A stretch of DNA of 64,000 nucleotides from Candidatus Obscuribacteraceae bacterium (GCA_044229845.1 JBGASG010000003.1:32001-96000); one strand, 5' to 3'. Counted from the first letter of the stretch, positions 1-10,915 are shown. Notes: generated from the letters alone by a model not told the origin. Translations and numbers: made by a program.

Positions 1-2
1 CC

Positions 3-1481
3 GCCAAAAAAGAACCGGAACCACCTCCGCCCGCTCCCGTTCAGAAAAACTCGGGAACCGAATACACGATGGCCGATCTGTTTTCTTCTAAGGGAGCCTC
101 CGCCGGCGCCAAGCCAGCCGCACCGGCCGCCGCAGATTTTGCCAATCCCACACCGGCACCAGCACCGGCACCAGCACCAGCACCAAATCCAACACCGGCT
201 CCGACACCACTCAAGCCGACCCTCGGGGCACTGCCACCGGCCGCGGTGCAAAATTCACAACCAGCCCAGTCGCCGGCAGCCTCCGCATTTGCTTCGGAAG
301 CCGCCAAATTCTCCGATGCATTCTCCGAAAAATCCTCTGCTATGGGCGATGAAATCGTCGGCAAAGCGCCTAACATGGCCGACGCATTTGCCGCCGGTAG
401 TCCTGCGCCATCCGCCGCCGATGCGTTCAATGCTTCATCTGATGCATTCAATGCACCCTCGCCGCGCCTGGGCAGCGAATCTATTAGACCATCAGCCTCA
501 CTGGGTTCGCCTCCGGCATCGATTTTGAATGAACCTTCTCTGGGCGACGACAACTCCGGTGCTGGCGCTGACAGCGAGCGCCCCTCCGCTTTCGGCTCAC
601 CGGAAAACACTCGCGCAGCCAACACACTGCCACCAGTGCGCAACACCAATTCGATGCCGTTGACTGGAGCCGCTGCCGGACTGCCTTCACAGCGCCAGGA
701 CAAAACAACCGGAGCGGTCTCGGGACTACCCTCACAAACATCGAAACCGACATCCGATTATCAGCTGCCATCACAAAAAGGCCCGACGCAAAATCAGAAG
801 GGCTCAGGACAGACCATGAAGTCCGCCCTCAATTCGCTACCTTCGATGAACCGAGACGACATGGATGTACAGCCCGCCAAGCCAGATCCCGACTGGCCGG
901 ACGATTTTCCGAATCCGGAAAAGATGCGGCGCACGAGCGATGTGTCCAAGCCCTCGCAAGAGCAGCAGCGTCAGCCAGAAGCTGTACCGTCCTGGGACGA
1001 TCCGGCATTCGATCCCGAAGAATTAATGAAACGCCGCCGCGAACGGCGGGGCGGGCTGCAAGAGCCGGACGGCGATCCCTTCGATCGCATCGCCGCTTCC
1101 CGAGCCTCCGAAGCCGCACAATCGGGCGGCAAATTGCGCGCCATCGTCGAAGAAGGGGCGGCTCAGTCCGCTTTCGCCCCCATGGCGCACCCGAATTCCA
1201 TGGTCAAACCCGCTGTACAGCACGGTCCCAAGCCTGGTTTCAGAAAATTAAATCAATGGAACACCAGCGGAATGTTTGCTGTTAAAATCGTGGCGGTTCT
1301 GTTGGTTCTTGGCGCTGGTGCCGCGTTCTGGCACTTCTACGGCGAAGTCGTAGTGACAGCATTCCAGAAGATGTTTGCGCCACCACCGCCGCCACCACCC
1401 GAGAAACCACCCGTGGTGACTAAACCGAAAACCGACACGCCGAGCAAGAAAAAACCAAAACGCAGGCGGAGAAGACATTAG
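3..1481 (+). CDS. Pro/Ala/Ser-rich low-complexity membrane protein, 5'-truncated by the window
   Basis: The frame is open from position 3 (AKKEPEPPPPAPV...). It has one hydrophobic helix (IVAVLLVLGAGAAFW), then poly-Pro and a basic tail. Confidence 0.75.
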   Translation, partial: AKKEPEPPPPAPVQKNSGTEYTMADLFSSKGASAGAKPAAPAAADFANPTPAPAPAPAPAPNPTPAPTPLKPTLGALPPAAVQNSQPAQSPAASAFASEAAKFSDAFSEKSSAMGDEIVGKAPNMADAFAAGSPAPSAADAFNASSDAFNAPSPRLGSESIRPSASLGSPPASILNEPSLGDDNSGAGADSERPSAFGSPENTRAANTLPPVRNTNSMPLTGAAAGLPSQRQDKTTGAVSGLPSQTSKPTSDYQLPSQKGPTQNQKGSGQTMKSALNSLPSMNRDDMDVQPAKPDPDWPDDFPNPEKMRRTSDVSKPSQEQQRQPEAVPSWDDPAFDPEELMKRRRERRGGLQEPDGDPFDRIAASRASEAAQSGGKLRAIVEEGAAQSAFAPMAHPNSMVKPAVQHGPKPGFRKLNQWNTSGMFAVKIVAVLLVLGAGAAFWHFYGEVVVTAFQKMFAPPPPPPPEKPPVVTKPKTDTPSKKKPKRRRRRH

Positions 1482-3924
1482 TAACTTCGAACAACTGGGC
1501 GTCTTTTACTTAGGGCGCCCCTTCGACCTCTCAAGCAAAAAACCGCTACCCTCTTATTACCTCTACGATTCGCGCGATCTGCTCACGCACGCGGTTGTAA
1601 TCGGGATGACCGGCAGCGGCAAAACCGGTCTTTGCCTCTCGCTTTTAGAAGAGGCAGCCATTGATGCGGTACCTGTGATCGCGATCGATCCCAAAGGCGA
1701 CATCGGCAACTTGCTCTTGACCTTTCCGTCGCTCTCAGCGCAAGCGCTCACACCCTGGGTCGATCCAGATCAGGCTCGGCGACTCAACTTGAGCAGTGAA
1801 CAGTTTGCTCAACAAGAAGCTGATCGCTGGCTGCACGGGCTGTCCGAATCCGATCAACCGATAGAGCGCATCGCCAAGCTCCGGCAATCCGCCCGTCTGT
1901 CTATTTATACACCCGGCAGCACCAGTGGCATTCCGCTATCGATGCTGAAGTCTTTTGGTCCACCTGCAGATCGCGATGATCCCGAAATACTGAAGGACAA
2001 ACTGCAAAATGCAGTCATGGCAATTCTGGCTATGGCCGGCATCAAAGCTGATCCGCTGCGCAGCCGCGAGTACATACTTCTGGCGTCTATACTGGAAGCT
2101 TTCTGGAGTGGCGGCGAAACGGTCAGTCTGGCATCTCTGGTGCAAGCGGTGCAAAAGCCGCCCGTTCAGCAGATCGGCGCCTTCGATCTGGAGTCTTTCT
2201 ACCCGGCGAAAGAACGCTTCGAGCTGGCTATGACACTGAATAATCTGGTGGCATCGCCGGGTTTTGAAGTCTGGACGCAAGGCGAACCTCTGAATATCGA
2301 CCGCCTGCTCTATACTCCTGCCGGGCAGCCGTGCGTGAGCATCATCTCCATCGCTCATCTCAACGATGCCGAACGCATGTTCGTGACGACACTGATCCTC
2401 AACGAGCTGGTTGCCTGGATGAGAGAGCAACGCGGCACCACAAGCTTGCGGGCCATTTTGTATATGGACGAGCTTTATGGGTATCTGCCGCCGGTTGAAA
2501 ATCCACCTTCGAAACGACCATTGTTGACGCTGCTCAAGCAAGCGCGTGCCTTCGGATTGGGAGTAGTACTCTCAACACAGAACCCCGTCGACCTCGACTA
2601 CAAGGCACTTTCCAACGCCGGCACCTGGTTTATCGGCAGACTGCAAACCGAACGAGACAAGAAACGATTGCTGGACGGACTCGAGGAAGCCACCACCGCA
2701 TCTGGTGCCTCATTGAACCGGGCGCAGACCGAAGAAATTTTGTCAAACCTGGGCAATCGCGTCTTCATGGTACACAACGTGCACGATGAGGGATCGCAGG
2801 TCTTCCAGTCTCGCTGGGCCATGAGTTATCTGCGCGGGCCTTTGACCCGCACCGAAATCAAGACTCTAATGAAAGACAGCGCGGCCGCCGCGACTGCCGC
2901 TACCGCCACCGCCAGTAACACCATTCCCGCTCCCACCGCCCGCACATCAGTTGCTGCACCCACCACTGCATCCGGTACCACACCGCCGGCGGTGCCGCCA
3001 CAAATCAGTCAGTACTTCCTGCTTTCAGGCGGCGCCGACCAGGAATTCATGCCGCAGCTGATTGCCACCGCTCGCGTGCAGTATTCCGACGTCAAAAGCA
3101 AACTGAACATGGCGGAAGATGTCACCGTCGTCGTGCCGTTCTCTACGACAGAAATGGTGCCACTGGAGTGGTCGGCTGCCGAACGCGCCAAGATCTCGCC
3201 GCCGGAGCTATCAACTAAACCAGCTGCCGGAGCCAGTTTCGCGCCACTACCCAGCGCCGCCGCCCAGCCCAAGAATTACACAAAGTGGAGCAAAGATTTT
3301 GTCGGCTGGCTGATGGAAAACTGTCAGCAAACCGTCTACAAACACGCACAGACAAAAATGATCTCGGACGAAGGCGAGACGGAAGCTGCGTTCAAAGTGC
3401 GGGTGCGCCAGCGCCTTCGTGAGTTGCGGGATAGCGCCGCCGATGACTTGCACCAGAGGTACTCGACGCGATTCGCTGCGTTGAAAGACCGCAAGCTGCG
3501 CGCGCAACAGGCTGTCGAGCGAGAAACATTGCAGGCTCAGCAGACCCAGTGGCAGTCGGCTGTCGACGTCGGAGCGGGCATTCTGGGCGCCTTTATGGGC
3601 AGCCGGCGGTCCGCCTCCTCCTCCATGCGGCGCGTCGCCGGTTCGGCAAACCGTGCGGTAAAGCAGCGGCAAGACGTGGAGCACGCACAAACGAATCTCG
3701 CATCAGTCGACCAACAAATTGCCGATCTGGAATTGCAGTTTCAAAACGAGATGTCCGAACTGGAAGCGCAGCATTCTGCCGATTCCACCGTAGAGTTCGT
3801 CGAGATTCGCCCCAAGAAAGCCGGCATCACCGTTCAGCTGGTGGCGCTGCTCTGGTTGCCTGAACACGGTCCCGCCAATGCTGAGCCAAACCCGTCGTTC
3901 GTTGCCAACAGTAGATCTCGTTAG
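1477..3924 (+). CDS. HerA/FtsK-superfamily P-loop ATPase with C-terminal coiled coil (probable non-canonical ATT start)
   Basis: Walker A THAVVIGMTGSGKT, Walker B LYMDE, and LLKQARAFG and STQNP motifs. The frame extends upstream of ATG 1606 to ATT 1477, which follows a GGAG. Confidence 0.85.
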   Translation: MSNFEQLGVFYLGRPFDLSSKKPLPSYYLYDSRDLLTHAVVIGMTGSGKTGLCLSLLEEAAIDAVPVIAIDPKGDIGNLLLTFPSLSAQALTPWVDPDQARRLNLSSEQFAQQEADRWLHGLSESDQPIERIAKLRQSARLSIYTPGSTSGIPLSMLKSFGPPADRDDPEILKDKLQNAVMAILAMAGIKADPLRSREYILLASILEAFWSGGETVSLASLVQAVQKPPVQQIGAFDLESFYPAKERFELAMTLNNLVASPGFEVWTQGEPLNIDRLLYTPAGQPCVSIISIAHLNDAERMFVTTLILNELVAWMREQRGTTSLRAILYMDELYGYLPPVENPPSKRPLLTLLKQARAFGLGVVLSTQNPVDLDYKALSNAGTWFIGRLQTERDKKRLLDGLEEATTASGASLNRAQTEEILSNLGNRVFMVHNVHDEGSQVFQSRWAMSYLRGPLTRTEIKTLMKDSAAAATAATATASNTIPAPTARTSVAAPTTASGTTPPAVPPQISQYFLLSGGADQEFMPQLIATARVQYSDVKSKLNMAEDVTVVVPFSTTEMVPLEWSAAERAKISPPELSTKPAAGASFAPLPSAAAQPKNYTKWSKDFVGWLMENCQQTVYKHAQTKMISDEGETEAAFKVRVRQRLRELRDSAADDLHQRYSTRFAALKDRKLRAQQAVERETLQAQQTQWQSAVDVGAGILGAFMGSRRSASSSMRRVAGSANRAVKQRQDVEHAQTNLASVDQQIADLELQFQNEMSELEAQHSADSTVEFVEIRPKKAGITVQLVALLWLPEHGPANAEPNPSFVANSRSR

Positions 3925-4041
3925 CAAATCGATTGAACTACTCTTAAAAGAGGTATCTTGGTAGAAGAGAGGCTGTGCCCTCAGCCCAGGTACCCAGATC
4001 GGCGCCAGTCGACGACAACAAACGTATTTCACGGAACACAG

Positions 4042-5259
4042 ATGCAAAGGCCACAAGAACACGTACAACGCGGACGAAACCGCCTGCCCACGCTGGAAAG
4101 AACTCCCGAGATCGGTCACCTGCGCGAGTTGCTCGGGGAAGCACAGCGGTTGCGCGGCTGTTTGTGGGAGTTGCCGATCCGCAAGCTGGACTCCATGAAG
4201 ACTTTCGTCCTCACATGTCAGTTCGACATGAATGTCGCCGAGCCGGTCTGGGCGCTCTACGAAGGCGAAGACGGCGCCTCCACCGTCTGGAGCTACCCGA
4301 ACAGCAATGTGGAACTGGTGTTCGACATGGTCGCCATGTCAGTGGGTGGTGAGAAGACTGCCATTCCCAGCCAGCTGTCGCCCGCTGCACCGCAACCACA
4401 ACAGCAACCACAACAGCAACCACCACAGCAACCACCACAGCAACCACCACAACCGGGCTACGCCGGCGGCTATCCCCCACAGGGACAGCCGGGATACGGA
4501 CCGCAAGGATACGTGCCGCCGCAAGGCTATCCGCAACAACCGGGATACCCGCAACAGGGCTACCCGCAGCCGGGTTATCCTCAGTACCCGCCTCAAGGCT
4601 ATCCACAAACTCAAAACACCGGTCAATACCCGGCTTTCAATCCCCCGACCGCCACCGGCCAATATCCGCCTTTCAATCCGGCGCCGTCGACCGCCACCGG
4701 CCAATATCCGCCCTACAATCCCGGACCTTACGGCCCGCCGCAGGGCTATCCCCCGCCTAATGTGCAACCGCCGGGACCGGCAGCCCCTTTCGCCGACTTG
4801 ATTTCGAAGAGTCCTAAAACCATGCTCGGCAACATGTTCGTGGAAGCGGGCATTCTGCCGGAACCTGCACTGGAAGCCGCTCTTAAATTGCAAGAGCTGA
4901 TGCGCCAGGGCCTCTTGACTGACGATGGTGCCATCGAGGCGCTGAAGTACGCAGCCAATCACGATGGGCAACTGGAAGAGTCGCTGGAGAAAAAATACTG
5001 GGCTGTTAAACAAAAGCCCAAGATTGGACAGGCTCCGCAGCAAAACGTCCGCCGCAAACACGGCGGCGATGTGGCTAATATTCTGGTCTCAGCAGGTAAA
5101 ATATTGCCGGAGTCTTTAAAGGCTGCCACGCGGCTCGTAGACCTTATCATCTACGGTCGTATCCGGCAGGACGTAGCGCTGTCCATTATTCAGCGCTGCC
5201 AGAAACAGAACTGCGACATAGAGACGGCTTGCAGAGACATGAAGATTCAGCTGAGCTGA
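4042..5259 (+). CDS. Hypothetical protein with Q/P/G/Y-rich repeats and C-terminal degenerate MshEN-like motifs
   Basis: QQPP and GYPQ repeats, TATGQYP repeats, [20 protein letters not shown] and [19 protein letters not shown]. Confidence 0.7.
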   Translation: MQRPQEHVQRGRNRLPTLERTPEIGHLRELLGEAQRLRGCLWELPIRKLDSMKTFVLTCQFDMNVAEPVWALYEGEDGASTVWSYPNSNVELVFDMVAMSVGGEKTAIPSQLSPAAPQPQQQPQQQPPQQPPQQPPQPGYAGGYPPQGQPGYGPQGYVPPQGYPQQPGYPQQGYPQPGYPQYPPQGYPQTQNTGQYPAFNPPTATGQYPPFNPAPSTATGQYPPYNPGPYGPPQGYPPPNVQPPGPAAPFADLISKSPKTMLGNMFVEAGILPEPALEAALKLQELMRQGLLTDDGAIEALKYAANHDGQLEESLEKKYWAVKQKPKIGQAPQQNVRRKHGGDVANILVSAGKILPESLKAATRLVDLIIYGRIRQDVALSIIQRCQKQNCDIETACRDMKIQLS

Positions 5260-5279
5260 GCTTGTCTACTCTCACCGTC

Positions 5280-5289
5280 GTGATATCAC
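5280..5289. repeat. GTGATATCAC palindrome core (dispersed family, degenerate flanks)
   Basis: Intergenic CACCGTCGTGATATCACCGGCGGTG. Confidence 0.55.
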
Positions 5290-5306
5290 CGGCGGTGCTA
5301 ATTCTC

Positions 5307-6896
5307 ATGAACATCTGGATTTCTTTGAGCAAAGCTCTTTCGCTCTGGCCCAATAACGATGCCATCGTGGATGGTGACAAGAGTTTCACCTACCGGCAGT
5401 TCGGCGAGCGAGTGGGCGCCTTGTCCAGCTGGCTGGAGAAAGCCGGCATCAAGCGCGGCGACGTGGTGGCGATCGCAGCGCCCAATTGCCACCAGTACAT
5501 GGAAATCTATTACGCCTGCGGCATCAGAGGTATTGTTCTCACACCGCTGAACTTTCGCCTCTCGCACGCAGAATTGGTGGCAATACTGCAAAACGCCGAA
5601 GCCAAACTGATCTTCATGCACCAGGACTTTGTCGAGTGTGCCGAAGCTCTGGCCAAGGGCTGCCCACAGCTGAAGCAATTTGTCTGGATCGATGAAGCCG
5701 ACGTATTGCAAGAGCCGGAGACCCGCGTCAATCACATCTACGAAGACTGCATTGCCGCCGAGTATGGTGCCGCACCGCAACCGGTTGATTTGCAGGCTGA
5801 CGAACTGGCGCACCTCTATTACACAAGCGGCACCACCGGTCAACCGAAAGGCGTCATGCTGACGCAGGGTAATGTCACGTTCAACGCACTGGGAGCCATC
5901 GCTGAACTGGTTTTCCGCGAAACCGACACCTGGTTGCACGCGGCTCCCATGTTCCACCTCGCCGATGCCTGGTCGGTGTTTGCCATCACCTGGGTGGGTG
6001 GCAAACACGTCTTCCAGCCTTACTTCCGTGCGGCCAATGCGTTGGCGGCTGTAGAGAAACACAAAGTGACGATGAGCGTTCTGGTGCCGACCATGCTCAA
6101 TGCCATGCTGAACGAACCGACCGTAGGCGAGTACGATTACTCTTCATTGCGCGTCGTCATCACAGGCGGCAGCCCGATTGCACCGGAAACGGTGAAACGC
6201 GTCAGCAGCATGTTCGGCTGCCAGTACATTCAGTTATATGGCATGACCGAAACCAGCCCGTGGTTGACTATCGGCGCACCGCTCAAGTGTCACGACAACC
6301 TCTCTGAAGAAGATGAGCTGCAGTTGCGCAGCCGCACCGGACGTCCTTACATCGGGGCGGAAGTAAAAGTCGTACGCGGCAACGGCGAGGAAGTCGAAAA
6401 GAACAATCTGGAGGTCGGCGAGATCATTGCCCGGGGACCGACCATCACCTCGGGCTACTGGAAAAATCCGGAAGCTACCGCTCAAACCATTCGCGACGGC
6501 TGGATCCACACCGGCGATCTGGCGGTCATAGATAAAGACGGATTCATCAACATCGTCGATCGCGCCAAAGACATGATCATCACAGGTGGAGAAAACGTCT
6601 ATTCGACCGAGGTTGAGTACGCATTAATGGAACACCCGGCTGTCGCCGAGTGCGCCGTTTTCGGCATTCCGGATGAACGCTGGGGCGAAGTAGTGCACGC
6701 CGTGGTCGTGTTGCGCAGCGCACAAAACGCCGAAGAAACGGACTTGATCGACTTTGTCAAAGGACGACTGGCCGGCTATAAAGCTCCGCGGCAGGTGAGC
6801 ATCGTCAAAGAATTGCCCAAGACGGGAAGCGGCAAGATATATAAGAAAGGACTGCGAGAAGAGTTCTGGAAAGAACGAGAACGCCAGGTTAATTAG
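5307..6896 (+). CDS. Long-chain fatty acid--CoA ligase (AMP-binding family)
   Basis: YTSGTTGQPKG, YGMTE, GWIHTGD, DRAKDMIITGGENV and PKTGSGK motifs. Confidence 0.92.
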   Translation: MNIWISLSKALSLWPNNDAIVDGDKSFTYRQFGERVGALSSWLEKAGIKRGDVVAIAAPNCHQYMEIYYACGIRGIVLTPLNFRLSHAELVAILQNAEAKLIFMHQDFVECAEALAKGCPQLKQFVWIDEADVLQEPETRVNHIYEDCIAAEYGAAPQPVDLQADELAHLYYTSGTTGQPKGVMLTQGNVTFNALGAIAELVFRETDTWLHAAPMFHLADAWSVFAITWVGGKHVFQPYFRAANALAAVEKHKVTMSVLVPTMLNAMLNEPTVGEYDYSSLRVVITGGSPIAPETVKRVSSMFGCQYIQLYGMTETSPWLTIGAPLKCHDNLSEEDELQLRSRTGRPYIGAEVKVVRGNGEEVEKNNLEVGEIIARGPTITSGYWKNPEATAQTIRDGWIHTGDLAVIDKDGFINIVDRAKDMIITGGENVYSTEVEYALMEHPAVAECAVFGIPDERWGEVVHAVVVLRSAQNAEETDLIDFVKGRLAGYKAPRQVSIVKELPKTGSGKIYKKGLREEFWKERERQVN

Positions 6897-7065
6897 AATT
6901 CCAGGGCACCACAAGTGGTGCGGACCTTCTTCAGAAGCCGTCGGCCGCGCACAAACGCCGTTTGTATATGCGCCCCATATCATGCCGATCAACTCGACAC
7001 AACGTTCTCAAGCCAAGATAATTCTGCGCGGCGTGTCTTGACTCGACGGGAGCGAAATAGGATTG

Positions 7066-7683
7066 ATGATGAATTTCAACATCACCGGCACATACGATTT
7101 GGATAGCACAGACACGATGTATTCATTGCCGCCGGACAAGCGGTCGGTGCCGAGTCTGCCACCAGTGCCTCAACAGCACTTCGCCTCCAACTCAGAGCTG
7201 CTCGCTGCCGCTCTGGAAGAGTCCGCACCCGAGCTTCCCGTCCTGGACGAACTGCAGCGCCTCACTACTACATCGCATTCGTCCGGGCAGGAAATACGTC
7301 GCGACGATCTGGCTAAGATTCTGGAAGGCTTCGCCCGCGTTTTGCGCGGTGATGCCGGCACCTTGGATCTAGTCAACGAGCAAGTCAGCGGCGAATTGTC
7401 CTCAATGAAACACCTTCTGGTGGAAGCACAGGAAACGATCATTCAATTGCTCAACGATCGTGTCTACGATCGCGCGAAAATCGCCCGACTGGAAGCAGAA
7501 AATCGCTTGCTTCCCGACCTCCAAGCTCAAGCTTCGCGCGCCATGGGATTGGCCGTGCAGTCTGAAGATTTCGCCAAAGAGCTGAACAACGTGCGGACAG
7601 AACTCGAGCGTCTGCGCAGCCTGACCATCAAAGATAATCAACAAGAGAATCGTTCGTTCCTGGCGAAGCTACTCAATCGCTAA
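7066..7683 (+). CDS. Hypothetical coiled-coil protein
   Basis: About 205-aa ORF with a heptad-like C-terminal half and a short amphipathic tail (RSFLAKLLNR). Confidence 0.7.
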   Translation: MMNFNITGTYDLDSTDTMYSLPPDKRSVPSLPPVPQQHFASNSELLAAALEESAPELPVLDELQRLTTTSHSSGQEIRRDDLAKILEGFARVLRGDAGTLDLVNEQVSGELSSMKHLLVEAQETIIQLLNDRVYDRAKIARLEAENRLLPDLQAQASRAMGLAVQSEDFAKELNNVRTELERLRSLTIKDNQQENRSFLAKLLNR

Positions 7684-7708
7684 GCGATCCACACATTTCT
7701 CTTTTCTT

Positions 7709-8080
7709 CTAAAGGCGCGGAATCAGCAGTAGCAATAGTGCTGACAACGACAATGCCATGACGAGCATGCCGATCCAGATTGCATTGGCCAGGCGCTTGC
7801 CTCGAAAGCGACGAAAGCGCTGAGAAATAGTTCGCACTCGTCTCTGGATTTGGGGACGGTCAACACGAATCCCGGTTCGTTCCAGCAATGGCAAAGCTTG
7901 TTCAAGACGCGCCAGAACGACCTCCATGCGGTCTTGCATTCGCTCAGCCGGCTGCTCCACTCTCGGAGCAGTCATACGGCTGCCGCAAAACAAACAAAAT
8001 TTGGCGTTCAATTTATCGGAGCGTCCGCAAAACAAACACGTCTTGCTATCGCGAGCAACGATTACGGCAGTGTCCACCAT
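7709..8080 (-). CDS. Zinc-ribbon protein with C-terminal membrane helix (start uncertain, 8080 or 8137)
   Basis: CLFCG...KFCLFCG double CxxC and a hydrophobic C-terminus. Confidence 0.65.
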   Translation of the reverse strand: MVDTAVIVARDSKTCLFCGRSDKLNAKFCLFCGSRMTAPRVEQPAERMQDRMEVVLARLEQALPLLERTGIRVDRPQIQRRVRTISQRFRRFRGKRLANAIWIGMLVMALSLSALLLLLIPRL

Positions 8081-8270
8081 GGAAATTCCGTCCTTATTGT
8101 TTGGTGTGCGTCCAGTCATCTCGGGAGAGCGTGCCAAAAGGCGCCGCTTACTAGTCGGCTTCCTTACGGATAGACGCCGACAAATAACGGTTGAGCCTTC
8201 AGGATTATTAACTCCGGCTAATCAGCACTGAGCGGGTGAATCAGTGTCACCAGTAGCCAAGGGACCAGCA

Positions 8271-8325
8271 CTGAAGTGATATCACTCTAGTGTTGGCACG
8301 AAACTACCAAGTGATATCGGTTTAG
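8271..8325. repeat. Dispersed palindrome locus, 2 copies
   Basis: CTGAAGTGATATCACTCTAG at 8271-8290 and degenerate CCAAGTGATATCGGTTTAG at 8307-8325. Confidence 0.85.
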
Positions 8326-8670
8326 AAAGAGAAACTGCCGGCGGATGGAAGGAGCCGGCAGTTCAGGAGTTCAGACGAAAAACTTAGAGAGTGGACGAAA
8401 CGGACAGGCATCCATCATGAAGCGAGCAGAAGTGCAACGTACATCGCTGTTGAAGCCAGCACGGCGGAGATCGCCAGCGCATCGAGTAATCGTTGGTTTT
8501 GCCACAGTTTCATAGTCATTTTCGATCCCTCTTTCGCATATCCATCTGGTGTACTAACTGCGAGGGAGGGGCATTTAGGATGTCAGCAGAATACAATTTT
8601 TGCTCACGCTCAAGTTCGCGAGGAAGTGCTTGCAGTGCAAGACTCGGACGGAAAATCCTGCGTCGATCGA

Positions 8671-8814
8671 ATGCATCGAATCAAGATGCACAAGGAAGTA
8701 ACCGTTAAAGAAGACGGTCGATTGCTTGTCTATTACACATTTGGGTCCACGGCTGCCGAAACCTCTGCGGCAGATAAAGGAAACGGCAAGACGGATAAGG
8801 AGACTTCGCTTTGA
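8671..8814 (+). CDS. Small protein translationally coupled to galT
   Basis: MHRIKMHKEVTVKEDGRLLVYYTF...; its TGA overlaps the galT ATG (TGATG). Confidence 0.45.
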   Translation: MHRIKMHKEVTVKEDGRLLVYYTFGSTAAETSAADKGNGKTDKETSL

Positions 8815-9833
8815 TGCGTTGGAATCCAGTCATGGCGGAGTGGGTAGTTACCGCTACGCACCGGCAGGACCGGACGTTTCTTCCACCGGCCGATTATTGC
8901 CCGCTGTGCCCGACAGCAGAGGGTGGGTTTCCCACGGAAGTGCCGCGCAGCAAATACGACTTCGTGGTCTTCGAAAACAAGTTTCCCAGTTTGATGAAAA
9001 CCGCAGGCGAACCTGCAGTCGCCGGCACTGACCTGTTTCCTGTCCAACCCAGCCTGGGCGTCTGCGAAGTTGTTTTGTATTCGTCGGACCACAAAAGTAC
9101 ATTGACCGACATGCCGGTGGAAAAACTGGCGCAACTGATCAAAGTTTGGCGCGATCGCTATGAACAGCTGGGTGCCCACGATGAAATTCGCTACGTTTTT
9201 ATCTTCGAGAACAAGGGCGAAGCGATTGGAGTAACAATCCATCATCCGCATGGGCAGATTTACGCTTTCTCTCACATGCCTCCTCGCATCGAACGAGAAC
9301 TGCAAAGCGAGGCGCGCCATTTCGCAGCTACCAAGCGATGCCTGCACTGCGACATAATCAAGGAAGAGAGGAGCGATGGACGGCGCGTGTTTGTGGAGAA
9401 CGATGGTTTTGTGGCTTTGATTCCGTTCTACGCGCGATATCCGTACGAAACGCATGTCTATGCGAAAAATCATATTCCATCGCTGGCGGACTTCTCTGAA
9501 GAGAATGAATTCCAGCTGGCACAGTTACTGCATGTCGTATTGAATAAGTTTGACCACTTATTTGGATTCTCGCTGCCGTACATGATGGTGATGCACCAGC
9601 GACCGACCGACGGCGATCACAATGATTATCCGGGCAGTCATTTTCATATCGAGTTTTATCCACCAAATCGGACCGCCGAGAAATTGAAGTTTCTTGCCGG
9701 ATGCGAATCTGGAGCAGGAACCTTCGTAAACGACACGCTGCCCGAAGAGAAGGCGGCCGAATTGCGCGCCGTCAAACCAAACCTGGAGGACTTTAGTCAT
9801 GGACCGATCGCATCTGGTGACGTCGGCATTTAG
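8814..9833 (+). CDS. galT: Galactose-1-phosphate uridylyltransferase
   Basis: RWNP, CPLCP, FENKFP, FENKG and the catalytic HPHGQ. Confidence 0.95.
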   Translation: MRWNPVMAEWVVTATHRQDRTFLPPADYCPLCPTAEGGFPTEVPRSKYDFVVFENKFPSLMKTAGEPAVAGTDLFPVQPSLGVCEVVLYSSDHKSTLTDMPVEKLAQLIKVWRDRYEQLGAHDEIRYVFIFENKGEAIGVTIHHPHGQIYAFSHMPPRIERELQSEARHFAATKRCLHCDIIKEERSDGRRVFVENDGFVALIPFYARYPYETHVYAKNHIPSLADFSEENEFQLAQLLHVVLNKFDHLFGFSLPYMMVMHQRPTDGDHNDYPGSHFHIEFYPPNRTAEKLKFLAGCESGAGTFVNDTLPEEKAAELRAVKPNLEDFSHGPIASGDVGI

Positions 9834-10915
9834 AGAGAAGTTCGGCAGCGAGCCTCGCGTCGTTGTTCGGGCGCCCGGGCGCGTCAATCTGATCGGCGAA
9901 CACACCGATTACAATGAAGGCTTCGTCTTCCCGACCGCAATCGATCGCGACATGATCATTGCAGCGTCGCCAAAGCCCAAACCAGCCGATCCCGAAAACG
10001 AAGTCGAGGATCGGGAGGTCGTGGTCTATTCGCTGGAATATCGGCAAGAAGACCGTTTTTCACTCGACGTGCTGGAAAAGTCCGCGGACCATCCGTGGAT
10101 CAATTATTTGCGCGTACAGCGTGGCTACAGCGCTGATGCAACGCGAGATGTGTGGATTCTCGCTGCCCGGAAAAGAATTGGCGCTGCTGGCTCAAAAAGC
10201 TGAGAACGAATTTGTCGGCGTCAAATGCGGCATCATGGATCCGTTCATTTCCGCGCTTGGAGAAAAGGACGCGGCACTGCTCCTCGACTGCCGCAGTTTG
10301 AACTATCGAATCATTCCCCTGCCTCTGAAAAAGGAAGGCGTCAGCATCGTGATCACCAATTCCGGCGTGCAACGCGGATTGGTCGACAGCGAATACAATG
10401 CCCGCCGTCAGCAATGCCAGGAAGGGGTCGAACTCCTCAAGAAAGCCAGCGGCTTCGATGACATCGCCACTTTGCGCGATGTGGTCATGTCCGAACTGGA
10501 GGAATTCGGCAGCACACTGCCACCGGTTATCCTGAAACGTTGCCGCCATGTCATAAGCGAAAACGAACGCTGCATTCGCGCCACTGAAGCGCTCGAACGC
10601 GGCGACCTGCGCGCTTTCGGGAGATTGATGAATGACTCCCATCGATCGCTTCAACAAGACTTTCAGGTCAGTTGTACCGAGCTGGATGTGCTCGTTGAAT
10701 TGACTCAGAATCACACCGGCGTACTGGGCTCGCGCATGACCGGCGCCGGCTTCGGCGGCTGCAGTGTCACACTTATGCAAACGAACGCCGTGGAAACCTT
10801 CCAGAACCAGGTCATTCCTGCTTATGAATCACATACGGGCAAAAAGGCCGAGGTCTATGTGTGCAATTCAGTGAGCGGCGCCGGCTTAGTCAATGCACCG
10901 GCGGTCGCCTCCTGA
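9799..10915 (+). pseudogene. galK: Galactokinase with internal deletion and frameshift near 10113
   Basis: N-terminal [15 protein letters not shown] is in one frame. C-terminal [14 protein letters not shown] and GSRMTGAGFGG are in another. The PxGxGLSSSAA motif is absent. Confidence 0.85.

Noticed and set aside
41..703. Long antisense ORFs (41..703, 4339..5061, 14273..15124, 35692..36555, 54103..54936, 60388..61173 and similar)
   Set aside because: Shadow frames of well-supported genes in GC-rich DNA, with no motifs of their own.
10100..10135. Programmed ribosomal frameshift in galK
   Set aside because: No slippery sequence, and essential coding sequence is missing, so frameshifting would not restore function.
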